In this document: positions 50,752 through 61,338 of the stretch, in pieces
How positions within the stretch are numbered: position 1 is the first letter of the stretch
Layout of the letters: every line of letters begins with the position of its first letter
Assembly: GCA_050331735.1 (NCBI GenBank)
Contig: JBHJGN010000001.1
Span: forward strand, 32,001 to 96,000
Length of the DNA: 64,000 bases
Reading direction: 5' to 3'
Source: Cyanophyceae cyanobacterium
Lineage (GTDB): Bacteria; Cyanobacteriota; Cyanobacteriia; Cyanobacteriales; JBHJGN01
The notes under the pieces: generated by a model
Seen by the model: only the letters and a program-made list of their open reading frames with translations
The model's database searches: none
What the model was told of the DNA's origin: nothing
Position numbers and translations under genes: made by a program

Positions 50752-51561
50752 TTATTCTTCTTCACTCTTGCCCTCGTCTGCTGCTAGATTGTCTTCGCTC
50801 CATTCTTCTGGTTCCTCACCAGCATCAATATCTTCTAAAGATTCTTCAAACTCTTCGTAGTCCTCGCTCTCGTCGGGTTGACCGTGACGACCTTCATAAA
50901 TGGCATCGGCTAACTTACCGATAATGAGCTTAATTGAGCGAATGGCATCGTCGTTGGCTGGAATTGGAACATCTACAGAATCAGGATCGCAGTTTGTATC
51001 TAATAAAGAGACAATGGGAAGGCCCAACTTTTGACACTCTAAAACAGCATTGTATTCCCGACGGAGATCCACAATCAACACAATATCAGGGATTTTGCGC
51101 ATTGTTTTGATGCCGCCCAAATATTTTTGAAGTTTCTCCAGCTCGCGGCGCAGCACGGACGCTTCTTTTTTCGGGCGCTTGTCGAGGTTTCCACTGTCTT
51201 CAAGCTGTTCGAGTTCTTTGAGCCGTTCAATGCGCGACTTAATCGTTTCCCAGTTGGTGAGCATGCCACCCAGCCAGCGCTGATTGATGTAGTAGGCTCC
51301 ACAGCGAGCGGCTTCCTGAGCGACAATTCCCGCTGCTTGACGCTTCGTGCCGACAAATAGAAATCGCTGACCACTTTCAGAGGAGGAGCGAACGTAATCG
51401 TAGGCTTCTTCCATCAGTTGAGCGGTTTGCACCAAATCGATAATGTGAACGCCATTGCGGGCTGTATAAATGTAGGGAGACATTTTGGGGTTCCAGCGAC
51501 GAGTTTGATGCCCAAAATGAACTCCTGATTCTAAAAGTTCAGCAAGTGAAATAACGGCCAT
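50752..51561 (-). CDS. rpsB: 30S ribosomal protein S2
   Basis: [24 protein letters not shown] and PANDDAIRS. Confidence 0.98.
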   Translation of the reverse strand: MAVISLAELLESGVHFGHQTRRWNPKMSPYIYTARNGVHIIDLVQTAQLMEEAYDYVRSSSESGQRFLFVGTKRQAAGIVAQEAARCGAYYINQRWLGGMLTNWETIKSRIERLKELEQLEDSGNLDKRPKKEASVLRRELEKLQKYLGGIKTMRKIPDIVLIVDLRREYNAVLECQKLGLPIVSLLDTNCDPDSVDVPIPANDDAIRSIKLIIGKLADAIYEGRHGQPDESEDYEEFEESLEDIDAGEEPEEWSEDNLAADEGKSEEE

Positions 51562-51665
51562 TAATTTTCTCCTGTTCGGGTTTATCCTCCATCCAGGCGG
51601 TCTCTCGATACAGAAACACCCGAAGCCCTGGATGTGCGAATTTAGACAACTTTTCTAGAATAGCA
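51562..51665 (-). promoter_or_regulatory. rpsB promoter and structured 5' leader (S2 autoregulatory element)
   Basis: Extended -10 TGCTATTCT (51657-51665); crossing pairings CATCCAGG/CCTGGATG and TTCGGGT/ACCCGAA next to the AGGAG RBS. Confidence 0.65.
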
Positions 51666-51702
51666 CGGGTCGGAGGGAAACAGATAGATTGGGGATATCG
51701 CC

Positions 51703-51746
51703 AGCCGCAGCTTGGGAAAAGGGGAAGGGGTAAAGGGGAAAGGAAA
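51703..51746. repeat. Partial purine-run element
   Basis: AGCCGCAGCTTGGGAAAAGGGGAAGGGGTAAAGGGGAAAGG resembles the left end of the 63407 element. Confidence 0.5.
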
Positions 51747-51895
51747 CAATTTTCTATCAACAATCAGCCATTAACAATTAACCAGAATGTCAGGTTGCTC
51801 AAGCTTTCTAAGCTTGAGAAGCTGAGAAGCTGCCTTCACTCCTAATGACTGAGAGAGTACCGCTACACTAAAAGGCAACGATAAAAAATAGCACA

Positions 51896-53023
51896 ATGTC
51901 CGAGCGACGCCTGATGATTTCGATAGTTAACCTCCTGCTGGTAGTGGCGGCAGTCTTTTTTGCTGTATTGGTCTGGCAACTGAGAAGTCTGATTGTGATT
52001 TTAATGATTGCGGTGGTGGTTGCTTCTACCCTGGCGCCAATTGTCGCCAGTGTTCAGCGGCTACGGATTCCCCGTTGGCTAGCCGTGATTCTAGTCTTCC
52101 TAGGCTTAATCTCTATTTTGACAGGAGCGGGACTATTAATCGGTCCGACGGTGGTCGCGCAAATTGAGCGGCTGGCCCGCACCCTGCCGGGGTATCTGGA
52201 CGTATTGGGCACTCTCGCCCAGGATCTAGCGGTGCGATTTGGCGTGAATGAACCAGAGGCTTTTGATTTAATCAATCAACTCTTCGATATTCAGTCTCTA
52301 ACGGCTTGGGCTTTTCGGTCCAGCCAGCAGCTACTAGTGCGCTCGGTGGGAGTAACGCGGGGTCTCCTCGGTGGAGTGTTCAATCTGATTTTGGCACTGT
52401 TGCTCTCTGGCTATATGCTTGCTGGCTCCAGCAAGCTGATTGACGGCCTCGTCAGTCTATTTCCGAAGCCCTGGGACGATCGCCTAGCGGCGCAGGTAGC
52501 TCCTGTCAGTCAGCGTATGGGAGGATATATTCAAGGTCGGCTGCTTGTATCGTCAATTTTAGCGATGGCGGTTAGCTTCGGCCTGATTGTTCTCGGCATT
52601 CCCGAATTTGCCCTCGGTTTAGGCGTTATTGCCGGATTTACCAATTTAATCCCCTTTTTTGGTCCGTTCTTAGGAGCTATCCCGGCCCTAATCGTCGCCG
52701 TTGCCCAAGGAGGCTTAACCTTTCTGTGGGTGTTGCTGCTGTTTGTGATTATTCAAAATCTAGAAACCTACGTGCTCGATCCGCTGCTGGTGGGATCTTC
52801 AGTGAGGGTGGCTCCACTGTATCAGCTCTTAGCGGTGTTAGGCGGCGTTCAGGTTTTGGGTATCATCGGAGCATTAATTGTGCCTCCGTGGGTCGCTGGT
52901 GCTGCGGTGGTTTTAGAAAATCTCTATCTCAAGCCGAAGTTACGAGCCGAGCAAACTATCGCCAGTCCGTCTTCAACCTTGACGGCGGCAGAACCGGAAG
53001 CGAGTCCCGTTTCTACCCAGTAA
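51896..53023 (+). CDS. AI-2E family transporter
   Basis: Multi-TM protein; NLIPFFGPFLG, QNLETYVLDPLLVG and GIIGALIVPP. Confidence 0.9.
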   Translation: MSERRLMISIVNLLLVVAAVFFAVLVWQLRSLIVILMIAVVVASTLAPIVASVQRLRIPRWLAVILVFLGLISILTGAGLLIGPTVVAQIERLARTLPGYLDVLGTLAQDLAVRFGVNEPEAFDLINQLFDIQSLTAWAFRSSQQLLVRSVGVTRGLLGGVFNLILALLLSGYMLAGSSKLIDGLVSLFPKPWDDRLAAQVAPVSQRMGGYIQGRLLVSSILAMAVSFGLIVLGIPEFALGLGVIAGFTNLIPFFGPFLGAIPALIVAVAQGGLTFLWVLLLFVIIQNLETYVLDPLLVGSSVRVAPLYQLLAVLGGVQVLGIIGALIVPPWVAGAAVVLENLYLKPKLRAEQTIASPSSTLTAAEPEASPVSTQ

Positions 53024-53050
53024 ATCAGTCTCAATCGGGAATGACTAACC

Positions 53051-54718
53051 ATGCGCCTTTTCTCTGTGCAGGTTTCTATCACTCAGGTGTGGCTCGGGGC
53101 GATCGCCTTTTGTCTAACGTGCCTGCTCTCAATCGCTCCCGTTGTCGGCCAAAGCCAGTCCCCCGCTCCGATTACCCTCGATGGTCGTCGTTTGTTTGAA
53201 GTCAGTTCTTCGGGAGGATACGACGCTCAAGAACGAGCCGCCGATGCCAATCGGCTGCTGCGGCAAAAGATTACCCAAGCCGAACCACCCGTCGAAGTAG
53301 AAATCGATCGAACAACCGAGCTGCCGGTGATTCGCGTTGATGGCGACCACCTCCTCACCGTCACTTTTGAAGATGCCCCCAGAGGCAGAAGCGTCCAGGA
53401 ACAGGCCCAAATTTGGGCCACCGAGCTTCAGAACGCCATTGCTCGAGCGCAGCGCGAACGGACGAATAGTTATCTAGGGCGAGCCGTGCTGCTTGCTGCT
53501 GGGTATCTTGTCTTAGCTGCGGTGATGAGCTGGGGCTTAGGCTGGCTATGGCGCTACTGGCTACAGCCCAAGCTCGAACGAGATTCCCACTCTACTCCCA
53601 GTCAGGAGGACACTTCGCCTTCATCGGTCAGTGCAGAAATTGGGGCCCAGGTGCTCTTAACCCTAGTACGAGGAGCAGTCTGGCTTTATGCCGTTATTGC
53701 TGCCAGCAAGCTCTTTCCCCAAACTCGGCAGTGGAGTCGGGATGTGGTAGACGTAATCGCTAACAGTTTGTTTGCGGATTTATTTTCTCTAGGCGATAGC
53801 TCGTACTCGGTTCTAGACCTATTAATCCTCATTGGGCTGTTGGCAGGACTAATTATTGTCGCCAGATCCGTCAGAAAAATTCTCAAGTCACGGGTTTTGA
53901 GCCTCACAGGACTGAATCGGGCAACCCAAGAAACCATTGCCTTAGTAGCCAACTACGGATTTATTTTTATTGGCAGTCTTGTACTCTTACAGCTCTGGGG
54001 GCTAGATCTGAGTTCGCTCACGGTGTTCGCCGGGGTTTTAGGGGTTGGGGTTGGTTTAGGCATTCAGGGCATTGCTAAGGAATTTGTCAGCGGACTTGTG
54101 TTAATGCTGGAGCGCCCGATTCAGGTGGGGGATTTTGTCGAAATTGGCGAACTGATGGGAACCGTAGAGCGGATCAGCGTACGCTCGACAGAAATCCGGA
54201 CTCTCGATCAGGTTTCACTGATTCTGCCTAACTCCCGCTTTCTAGAAACGGAGGTGATTAACTGGAGCCATCACTCTTCGGTGTCGCGGCTGCGGCTTCC
54301 CGTTGGAGTTGCCTATGGCTCCAATTTAACTACGGTACGTACGGCGCTAATGAATGCAGCCAAAGAACACAGCGACGTGCTCTCCTCCCCCGCACCGAGA
54401 GTCTTCTTCCTTGGGTTTGGCGATAGTTCTCTTGATTTTGAGCTGTTAGTATGGATTGCTGAACCCCGTAAGCAGTTTCAGATCAAAAGCGATCTTTATT
54501 TTCGTATCGAAGCGATTCTGCGCCATCGCGGTGTGGAAATTCCCTTTCCTCAAAGAGATCTACACGTTCGCGGTCGCTTACCGATAGACGTGTCCCCCGA
54601 GCTAGTACAGTCCTTAACCGAACTCACCACTGGATTGACTAATTGGCTCAATCACCAGTCTAACGGGGCTGCTGGACCATCGAGATTAGGGGTTAGGGAT
54701 GGTCAAGACGACAACTAA
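53051..54718 (+). CDS. MscS family mechanosensitive channel with periplasmic N-terminal domain
   Basis: GVGVGLGIQ, ERPIQVGDFVE, GTVERISVRST, PN, VINWS and IPFPQRDL. Confidence 0.92.
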   Translation: MRLFSVQVSITQVWLGAIAFCLTCLLSIAPVVGQSQSPAPITLDGRRLFEVSSSGGYDAQERAADANRLLRQKITQAEPPVEVEIDRTTELPVIRVDGDHLLTVTFEDAPRGRSVQEQAQIWATELQNAIARAQRERTNSYLGRAVLLAAGYLVLAAVMSWGLGWLWRYWLQPKLERDSHSTPSQEDTSPSSVSAEIGAQVLLTLVRGAVWLYAVIAASKLFPQTRQWSRDVVDVIANSLFADLFSLGDSSYSVLDLLILIGLLAGLIIVARSVRKILKSRVLSLTGLNRATQETIALVANYGFIFIGSLVLLQLWGLDLSSLTVFAGVLGVGVGLGIQGIAKEFVSGLVLMLERPIQVGDFVEIGELMGTVERISVRSTEIRTLDQVSLILPNSRFLETEVINWSHHSSVSRLRLPVGVAYGSNLTTVRTALMNAAKEHSDVLSSPAPRVFFLGFGDSSLDFELLVWIAEPRKQFQIKSDLYFRIEAILRHRGVEIPFPQRDLHVRGRLPIDVSPELVQSLTELTTGLTNWLNHQSNGAAGPSRLGVRDGQDDN

Positions 54719-54975
54719 AGGTAGGTCTTGGCTATTTAGCTGTTAGCTACTCAAGTAGTGGAAATCTAATATTAGCTCTGCTTGGTTAGTTGCTGTCTAA
54801 AAGGAAATCGCTTGAGTTAGTCAAAGCGTGGAAAACTGTCTTCATTGGTAACACCTAACCACTAACTCTTAATTGAACTTGGGGAGTAGCGACTGATAAA
54901 GTCAAGTTTCCTCAAGGAAAAACTTTGAGCCGTCAATCAAGCTAAGAGCTAAAAGCTCTTAGCTTTTCATCCCGT

Positions 54976-55881
54976 CTACTCGCCGCCGAGCAACCCTTCT
55001 TGCTCTAAAAACTCGCGGGCCACCTCATCCGGCTCGCGTCCGTTCCCCGCTACTTCCCAGTTGAGCCGCTGCATCGTATCCGCATCGAGCACCGCCGCTA
55101 CCTCATTGAGTCGCTCTGCTACTTCAGGATGCTCTGCTAAGGTATCTTGACGCACGAAAGCAGCAGCCGGGTAGGGAGGCCAAAAGTTTTTATCGTCTTC
55201 TAACACTACTAAATCGTAGGCAGCAATCTGTCCATCGGTGCCATACCCGCTAGTCACGTCGATTTCACCTTCTTCTAGCCCAGAGTACAGCAGCCCTGGA
55301 TCGAGGGTAACCACTTCTTCAAAATTGAAGCCGCCGTAGGTAGTTTGTAGTCCAGGCAAACCATCACCGCGCTCAGCAAACTCGAGATCGACTCCCAGGG
55401 TCAAATCGCTAGCTTTCTGCGAGAGTTCGCTAACGGTTTCTACGCCTAACTCGTTAGCCAAATCTTTAGGCATCACCAGAGCATAGGTATTATTGAAAGA
55501 AGTTGGCTCCAGCACAGCAACATCATACTCTTCTGCGTAGGTCTCTTTGACAACGTTGTAAACTTCTTCTCTCGTCATCTCGGGGTCAAATTCCTGACCA
55601 AGAATCGAAATCAGCGCCGTGCCCGTATATTCTGGATACACATCAATATCGCCTTCCACTAAAGCCGAATGATTTTCATCGGTTTGACCAATGGGGGTAT
55701 ATTCAGCATCAAATCCGGCATCATCTAAAACCATCTCGTACATATTGCCGAGAAGATATTGTTCTGTAAAAGATTTAGAGCCTATTTTAATTTCGTCGCC
55801 TGAGCCACCACCGCCGCAAGCCGTCGTTAAGCTAATCGAGGCTAAACCTAAAACCCCTAGAACTATTTGTCGCTTAAGCAT
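54976..55881 (-). CDS. Glycine betaine/osmoprotectant ABC substrate-binding lipoprotein (OpuAC/OsmF family)
   Basis: Lipobox TTAC; IGSKSFTEQ, DVYPEYTGT, NNTYAL and LEDDKNFWPPY. Confidence 0.9.
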   Translation of the reverse strand: MLKRQIVLGVLGLASISLTTACGGGGSGDEIKIGSKSFTEQYLLGNMYEMVLDDAGFDAEYTPIGQTDENHSALVEGDIDVYPEYTGTALISILGQEFDPEMTREEVYNVVKETYAEEYDVAVLEPTSFNNTYALVMPKDLANELGVETVSELSQKASDLTLGVDLEFAERGDGLPGLQTTYGGFNFEEVVTLDPGLLYSGLEEGEIDVTSGYGTDGQIAAYDLVVLEDDKNFWPPYPAAAFVRQDTLAEHPEVAERLNEVAAVLDADTMQRLNWEVAGNGREPDEVAREFLEQEGLLGGE

Positions 55882-56278
55882 TCTTCTTTCCTCTTAACTT
55901 GACGCTGGTACTGTAGCCACATAAATACTGCCTGTCGTGAAAACTAGTATAGATCGTCAACAGCGACTCGTTATCGATCGTTAATTGCTGAGTGTTTAGT
56001 AGAAGCTGGAGTCGAACAAGGAAGAGTTGCTCCCGAAACCTTGAACAACTTAGCCTATCTCAACGCTGTCGACCTGCATTTAAACACTCTGACTAATACT
56101 CGGTAAGCCCCAATACTCAAAAAAAGCGTTGAATCTGACTGCCGTTTTAATAACTTCTTGCTACTGTTATCCCAGCGTTGACCATACTAGGATTTTTTAA
56201 TGGCTCCAAAAAAAATTCATGGCTGGCTATCCTAGCCCAAACGAAACTATAGTGAGGAGAGGGTGATGGCGGATAATT

Positions 56279-56851
56279 ATGTTGAACTTATTAGACAAAA
56301 AGCAGTTTTGGTCTTCTCCACAACGACGCTCATTGGCCTATTTACTCGGGCTGACTTCAGCCGTTGCCCTCTGTAGCTCGGGGATGCTATTGCCGTTACC
56401 TCAAGGTTGGGCCGGAATTTTGTTAGGCAGTTCTAAGCAAGCGCAAGCTTCCCCGCATCGTCCAATGACTCTAAAATCGTCTGCTCCCCAAAGCATTCAG
56501 CAATTAATAGAAAAACAGGCTAGAGGCTGGGAAAACGCCGACTCGAAGTCTATTATTGAGGATTTTGCTGAAGAAGCTCTCTTTGTTGTTCCCGGCTCTG
56601 TCTTTAAGGGCAGATCAGCTATTAAAGCCGCCGCAGAAGACTATTTTTCTCAGTTTTCTCAAACTCAAATTACTATCGACCGTATTGTGGTAAGCGGCAA
56701 TGAAGGAGTTGTGGAATGGCGCTGGAGCGATGTTAATGACCGAACGGGAGAGAAAACCTTGGCTGACGATGCCATTGTCTTTGAACTAGAAGACGGCAAG
56801 ATTAAGTATTGGCGCGAGTATATTGATACTCAGTCGCCTGCTCAAGAATAA
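56279..56851 (+). CDS. SnoaL/NTF2-like fold protein with N-terminal export/TM segment
   Basis: FAEEA...KGRSAI...VFELEDGKIKYWREYID. Confidence 0.8.
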   Translation: MLNLLDKKQFWSSPQRRSLAYLLGLTSAVALCSSGMLLPLPQGWAGILLGSSKQAQASPHRPMTLKSSAPQSIQQLIEKQARGWENADSKSIIEDFAEEALFVVPGSVFKGRSAIKAAAEDYFSQFSQTQITIDRIVVSGNEGVVEWRWSDVNDRTGEKTLADDAIVFELEDGKIKYWREYIDTQSPAQE

Positions 56852-57087
56852 GCAAGACTTTTGAATCTGATTAAACGGAGTCTACCCGAGCTGGCGGGCT
56901 AGATGCTGATCGCTTTTGTCTGGCTGACACTTTGTTTAGCTCCTGCTCAGAGAATACGCTCAAAAAAACAAGAGTTTGTCCTGATCAAGCAGTACTGCAC
57001 TAGCGAAGCTTTCCCTTGCAAAGGACAAGTTGACCAATTTACTATATTGAGCAGACAGTAATTCCATTCAGAGTTTTAAAAAGTATC

Positions 57088-57633
57088 ATGGCAGAAGAAA
57101 ATTCCTCTAACGCAGAATCGCCAAAAACTGACGACAAGACGGCTGAAACGACCGCTAAGAAACAGGCTGGAACCGATGATTCTACAGCTAATAAACCTGC
57201 TACTAAACCAGCCGCTAAGAAACCATCTACCAAGGGCGGCAAGAAGGAGAAGCCTCCTGCTATTGAAGACAAACCTTTTACAGAATTTGTTGAGCAACAC
57301 TTTGTCCCTGCTCTTAAAGAGGCTTTTGCCGAACAGGGAGTCGAGGAGATTGACTTAAATTTTCTCAAGCAAAACCTCCCCAGCACCGTTATTAACTCTG
57401 ACGAACAGTGCTGGCAAGTAACGGGTAACTGGCAAAATGGACAGCGCCAGTTTATTCTGTATTTTCTGGAGGAAGATATCAAAGGGCCAAAGGCGTTTAC
57501 TTATGCCACCAATGGTTCTGCCCCAAGCACCATTGAATCATTTATGATTGACGAGCGTAAAGTCAATTTGGATTTGTTAGTTCTGTATACCCTCCAGCGT
57601 CTCAACGGGCAAAAGTGGCTGGTGCGAAATTAA
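57088..57633 (+). CDS. ndhV: NDH-1 subunit NdhV (DUF2996)
   Basis: KKEKPPAIEDKPFTEF...STIESFMIDERKVNLDLLVLYTLQRLNGQKWL. Confidence 0.82.
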   Translation: MAEENSSNAESPKTDDKTAETTAKKQAGTDDSTANKPATKPAAKKPSTKGGKKEKPPAIEDKPFTEFVEQHFVPALKEAFAEQGVEEIDLNFLKQNLPSTVINSDEQCWQVTGNWQNGQRQFILYFLEEDIKGPKAFTYATNGSAPSTIESFMIDERKVNLDLLVLYTLQRLNGQKWLVRN

Positions 57634-57715
57634 GGAGACGGCTGTATCCGAGCGCACTCTTTGCCTTGAGATTGCTTCTGTCTCTAAAATAACGCGGTTC
57701 CTGAGTGAAACCGAA

Positions 57716-58219
57716 TTAAAGCTCGAAGAAATCGTAAACAACGACTCCGGTATCCGAGTGATTGCCCACGCCGATATAGCCTTTTGTCAGCATCTCGTTG
57801 AGAGTCTGCTGAACTTCCTCAAAGCTTCCCCCGGTATCGATCACTCCTTGAGTCACAGAAAGTTTGCCGCCCCGTTTTTGAGCCGCTCGCGCTAGCTCGA
57901 CCATAAGCTGTTCCTGGCGAGGTAGCTGAACAGGACTCTGGGACGAAGCGGGCTGGAAAGGTTCTTGGACCTGAGCTGTTCCATAGCTTTGAGGAATGCC
58001 CGTTGAGGATAGACCGAGACGCTGCCGCACTCTGAGGTTGTGCTCGTCAACCATGCTGGGAATCAGCAGCAAATCAACAAGTTGACCGACTCCAAAAAGC
58101 CCCCAGGTGCAAAACCACAAAAATCCGCTGAGAAATTTCCGATTGTAGATGCGATGAAATCCAGCAAAACCTAAAAGCCAACAGAGCCAGAGTAGATAAC
58201 TAGTGCTAGAACGATTCAT
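57716..58219 (-). CDS. TM2/NINE domain membrane protein
   Basis: SYLLW...GFHRIY...GFLWFCTWGLFGVGQLVDLLLIPSMV, then a C-terminal winged-helix-like segment. Confidence 0.82.
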   Translation of the reverse strand: MNRSSTSYLLWLCWLLGFAGFHRIYNRKFLSGFLWFCTWGLFGVGQLVDLLLIPSMVDEHNLRVRQRLGLSSTGIPQSYGTAQVQEPFQPASSQSPVQLPRQEQLMVELARAAQKRGGKLSVTQGVIDTGGSFEEVQQTLNEMLTKGYIGVGNHSDTGVVVYDFFEL

Positions 58220-58413
58220 TGTTAATGAACGAGAAAGGGCTGTTGTCGCAGTTAGAAAAATTGGTAAGCAGCTTCAGGACACAGAACGTCTTAACATAGA
58301 TGAAAGGCTGCTTGTACTTTAGTTTATATTCTAAGTCTTTCTTTTCTGTTAGAGATTCTAGAAAACAGAGAAGGTTGAGGGGTCTTAACTTATTTTCATA
58401 TAGCTAGTTGACC

Positions 58414-58800
58414 ATGCAGGTATTTGTTTTACTGTTTAACGCCCAAACCGAAAACGAAGGGATTCATACCGTTCAATCGGGCGAACACAACAAAGTATTG
58501 ATGTTTGAATCAGAGGACGATGCAACTCGTTTTGCCCTGTTGCTCGAAGCGCAAGATTTCCCGACTCCGACCGTTGAAGCCATTGATTCTAAAGACGTAG
58601 AAGAGTTTTGTCTTGGGGCTGGTTACGAGTGTGAACTGATTCGAGAAGGAATGTTAGTTATTCCACCAGAGGCCAACGTTGAAAAAACCGACTGTTCTAC
58701 TGAAGCAGACGCCCAGACCGCAGAAGCGACAGTCGATGAATCAGAATTAAGCAACGAGCAGCTCGAGCAAATTCGTCGTCAGTTAGAAGGGCTACTCTAG
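58414..58800 (+). CDS. DUF3110 family protein
   Basis: VFVLLFN...EGIHT...VLMFESEDDATRFALLLEAQDFP...IRRQLEGLL. Confidence 0.85.
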   Translation: MQVFVLLFNAQTENEGIHTVQSGEHNKVLMFESEDDATRFALLLEAQDFPTPTVEAIDSKDVEEFCLGAGYECELIREGMLVIPPEANVEKTDCSTEADAQTAEATVDESELSNEQLEQIRRQLEGLL

Positions 58801-58837
58801 TCTGACCAAGGCATTCGAGCAGCAAAAGTGAGGTAGG

Positions 58838-59755
58838 ATGAATATAGACAGAGGTCATCTGCTCACGGAGCAGATTAATCCCAACAGCCACAATCTCGAT
58901 CGGCTCACTGCGCTAGAGTTAGTCGAACTATTCAACCGCGAGGACGCGCACACAATCGAGGCCATTGCTCATGCTAAAGAGGCTCTGGCTGAAGCGATTG
59001 AGGCGATCGCTTGCGCTCTGCGCCGGGGAGGACGTTTATTCTATGTGGGGGCTGGAACCAGCGGACGCTTGGGGGTTTTGGATGCAGCAGAATGTCCGCC
59101 AACCTTCTGTACCCCTCCTGAAATGGTGCAGGGAATGATTGCCGGGGGAGCCGCGTCTTTAGTGAAAAGCTCAGAAAGTTTGGAGGACCGCGCTGAAGAT
59201 GGAGCCGCAGAAATCGAGCAGCGACAGATTACGGACTCCGATGTTGTCGTCGGCATTAGCGCTGGCGGCACTACCCCATTTGTGCGGGGAGCCGTGGAGG
59301 CTGCCAAGGAACGCGGAGCGACAACGATTTACATTAGCTGCGTTCCTGTGGCCCAGGTCAGCCATCGCGCCGACATTGATATTCGCCTGCTCGTCGGACC
59401 GGAAGTATTAGCCGGGTCTACGCGCCTCAAAGCCGGAACCGCGACAAAAATGGCCCTCAACATTCTGTCAACGGGAGTGATGGTGCGTTTAGGGAAAGTG
59501 TACGGCAACCGCATGGTAGATGTTTCCGTGACCAACAGCAAGCTGCGCGATCGCGCTCTGCGCATTCTGCAAGAGCTGACAGAGCTCGACCGCCCAGCAG
59601 CCGAACACCTGCTCGAGCGCAGCGGACTGCGGGTGAAGCTGGCGCTGCTGATGCACTGGTGCCATCTCGACGCTAGCCGAGGCGATCGCCTACTCCAGGA
59701 GCATGGTGGCAATCTACGCGCGGCTTTACAAGCTCAGCGGAGTCATGAGAATTAG
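58838..59755 (+). CDS. murQ: N-acetylmuramic acid 6-phosphate etherase
   Basis: TEQINP, GAGTSGRLGVLDAAECPPTF and GPEVLAGSTRLKAGTA. Confidence 0.96.
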   Translation: MNIDRGHLLTEQINPNSHNLDRLTALELVELFNREDAHTIEAIAHAKEALAEAIEAIACALRRGGRLFYVGAGTSGRLGVLDAAECPPTFCTPPEMVQGMIAGGAASLVKSSESLEDRAEDGAAEIEQRQITDSDVVVGISAGGTTPFVRGAVEAAKERGATTIYISCVPVAQVSHRADIDIRLLVGPEVLAGSTRLKAGTATKMALNILSTGVMVRLGKVYGNRMVDVSVTNSKLRDRALRILQELTELDRPAAEHLLERSGLRVKLALLMHWCHLDASRGDRLLQEHGGNLRAALQAQRSHEN

Positions 59756-59809
59756 TAACTATTCTGATTGAGCCTTCCGCTCTTAGCAACCACCATACCA
59801 GCAAAAACC

Positions 59810-61291
59810 ATGTTTAACGGATCGCAGTCAACAGCAGTGCTTTTCATTCTCCTCGTCGTCGCCATTCAGGTCTGGGGCTTTAACCGCGCGCGAGCCTACG
59901 GCAAGCCAGGCATCTTAGCCTGGCTCCAGTCTGTTGTTCTGTTAGCCCCTTGGGTGGTTTTCTTTGGCCTACTGGCTGCCGGAATTTATATTAATATTGT
60001 GGGCATTATCTTTTTGCTGGTGGCCTCAGCAGGAGCCTACATTTGGATCGGTAGACAGGTGAGGACAGCCGGTCAAGAGCGTCTGAAAGAACAGGCTGTA
60101 CATGAACCCACAGCAGAACTGCCACAGCCTCCCACCGAAGCAGAAACAGTCGCTCCTGAGTCGGAAGTACCGCCGATTGATGCGGGCGATCTCAAGCTGA
60201 TTCAAGGAATTTTTGGGATCGATACCTTTTTTGCCACTGAAACCATCGCCTATCAAGAAGGGGCAATTTTTAAAGGTAATCTGCGGGGAGACCCCGAGAC
60301 CGTTCATTCCCGTCTTTCGGCTAAGCTTCAACAACTCTGGGCAGACAAATATCACCTGTTTCTGGTAGAAAGCCCAGAAGGCAAGCCAGTCGTGATTGTG
60401 CTTCCCAGCAGCAACGGTCCTCAGCCCGCTACCCTGGCTCAAAAAAACTTGGCGCTGGTGCTGCTAGTGGCAACGGTGGCAACCACTCTAGAAGCGGGTG
60501 GTTTACTGCTAGGCTTCGACTGGTTTAGCGAACTGGGACGGTATCAAGAAGCCCTGCCCCTGAGCCTAGGACTGTGGAGTATCCTCCTCGCCCACGAACT
60601 CGGCCATTTTTTCGTAGCCAAGCGTTATCAGGTACGCCTGAGCCTCCCCTATTTTCTCCCTAGCTGGCAAATCGGTTCGTTTGGAGCGATCGCTCGCTTT
60701 GAGTCACTGCTCCCCCATCGCACCGCTCTCTTTGATATCGCTTTAGCGGGTCCAGCCTGCGGCGGCATCGTTTCCCTCGTCCTCTTTGTGATCGGCTTGC
60801 TGCTGTCCCGTTCAGGAAGTTTGTTTCAAGTGCCGACCCAATTATTTCAGGGATCGATTTTAGTCGGAGGATTGGCGCGAGCTGTTTTAGGGTCCGCCTT
60901 AGAAAAAACGCTGGTCGATCTGCATCCGCTGACGGTGATCGGCTGGCTCGGTCTGGTGATTACGGCTTTAAATCTCCTGCCTGCGGGCCAGCTCGATGGC
61001 GGGCGCATTCTTCAGGCCATTTATGGACGCAAAGTGACCAGGCGCGCAACAATCGCTACCCTCGTCGCCCTCGGCATTGTGGCGCTGATCAATCCGAATA
61101 ACCCGATTCCCCTCTACTGGGGCATTGTGATTCTGTTTTTGCAAAGAGACTTAGAAAGACCGAGCCTCAACGAACTCACCGAACCCGATGATGCCAGAGC
61201 TGCCTGGGGATTACTGGCCCTCTTCCTGATGCTCGCGACGCTCATTCCTCTCAGTCCAAGTTTAGCGGGTCGTCTGGGGATTGGAGGCTAG
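59810..61291 (+). CDS. Site-2 protease (M50, EGY-like)
   Basis: HELGH zinc motif, IALAGP and NLLPAGQLDGG. Start moved to ATG 59810. Confidence 0.92.
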   Translation: MFNGSQSTAVLFILLVVAIQVWGFNRARAYGKPGILAWLQSVVLLAPWVVFFGLLAAGIYINIVGIIFLLVASAGAYIWIGRQVRTAGQERLKEQAVHEPTAELPQPPTEAETVAPESEVPPIDAGDLKLIQGIFGIDTFFATETIAYQEGAIFKGNLRGDPETVHSRLSAKLQQLWADKYHLFLVESPEGKPVVIVLPSSNGPQPATLAQKNLALVLLVATVATTLEAGGLLLGFDWFSELGRYQEALPLSLGLWSILLAHELGHFFVAKRYQVRLSLPYFLPSWQIGSFGAIARFESLLPHRTALFDIALAGPACGGIVSLVLFVIGLLLSRSGSLFQVPTQLFQGSILVGGLARAVLGSALEKTLVDLHPLTVIGWLGLVITALNLLPAGQLDGGRILQAIYGRKVTRRATIATLVALGIVALINPNNPIPLYWGIVILFLQRDLERPSLNELTEPDDARAAWGLLALFLMLATLIPLSPSLAGRLGIGG

Positions 61292-61338
61292 AAACAGTGA
61301 CCAGTGGCCCATCAACAATCAACAATTAACAGCATTCA

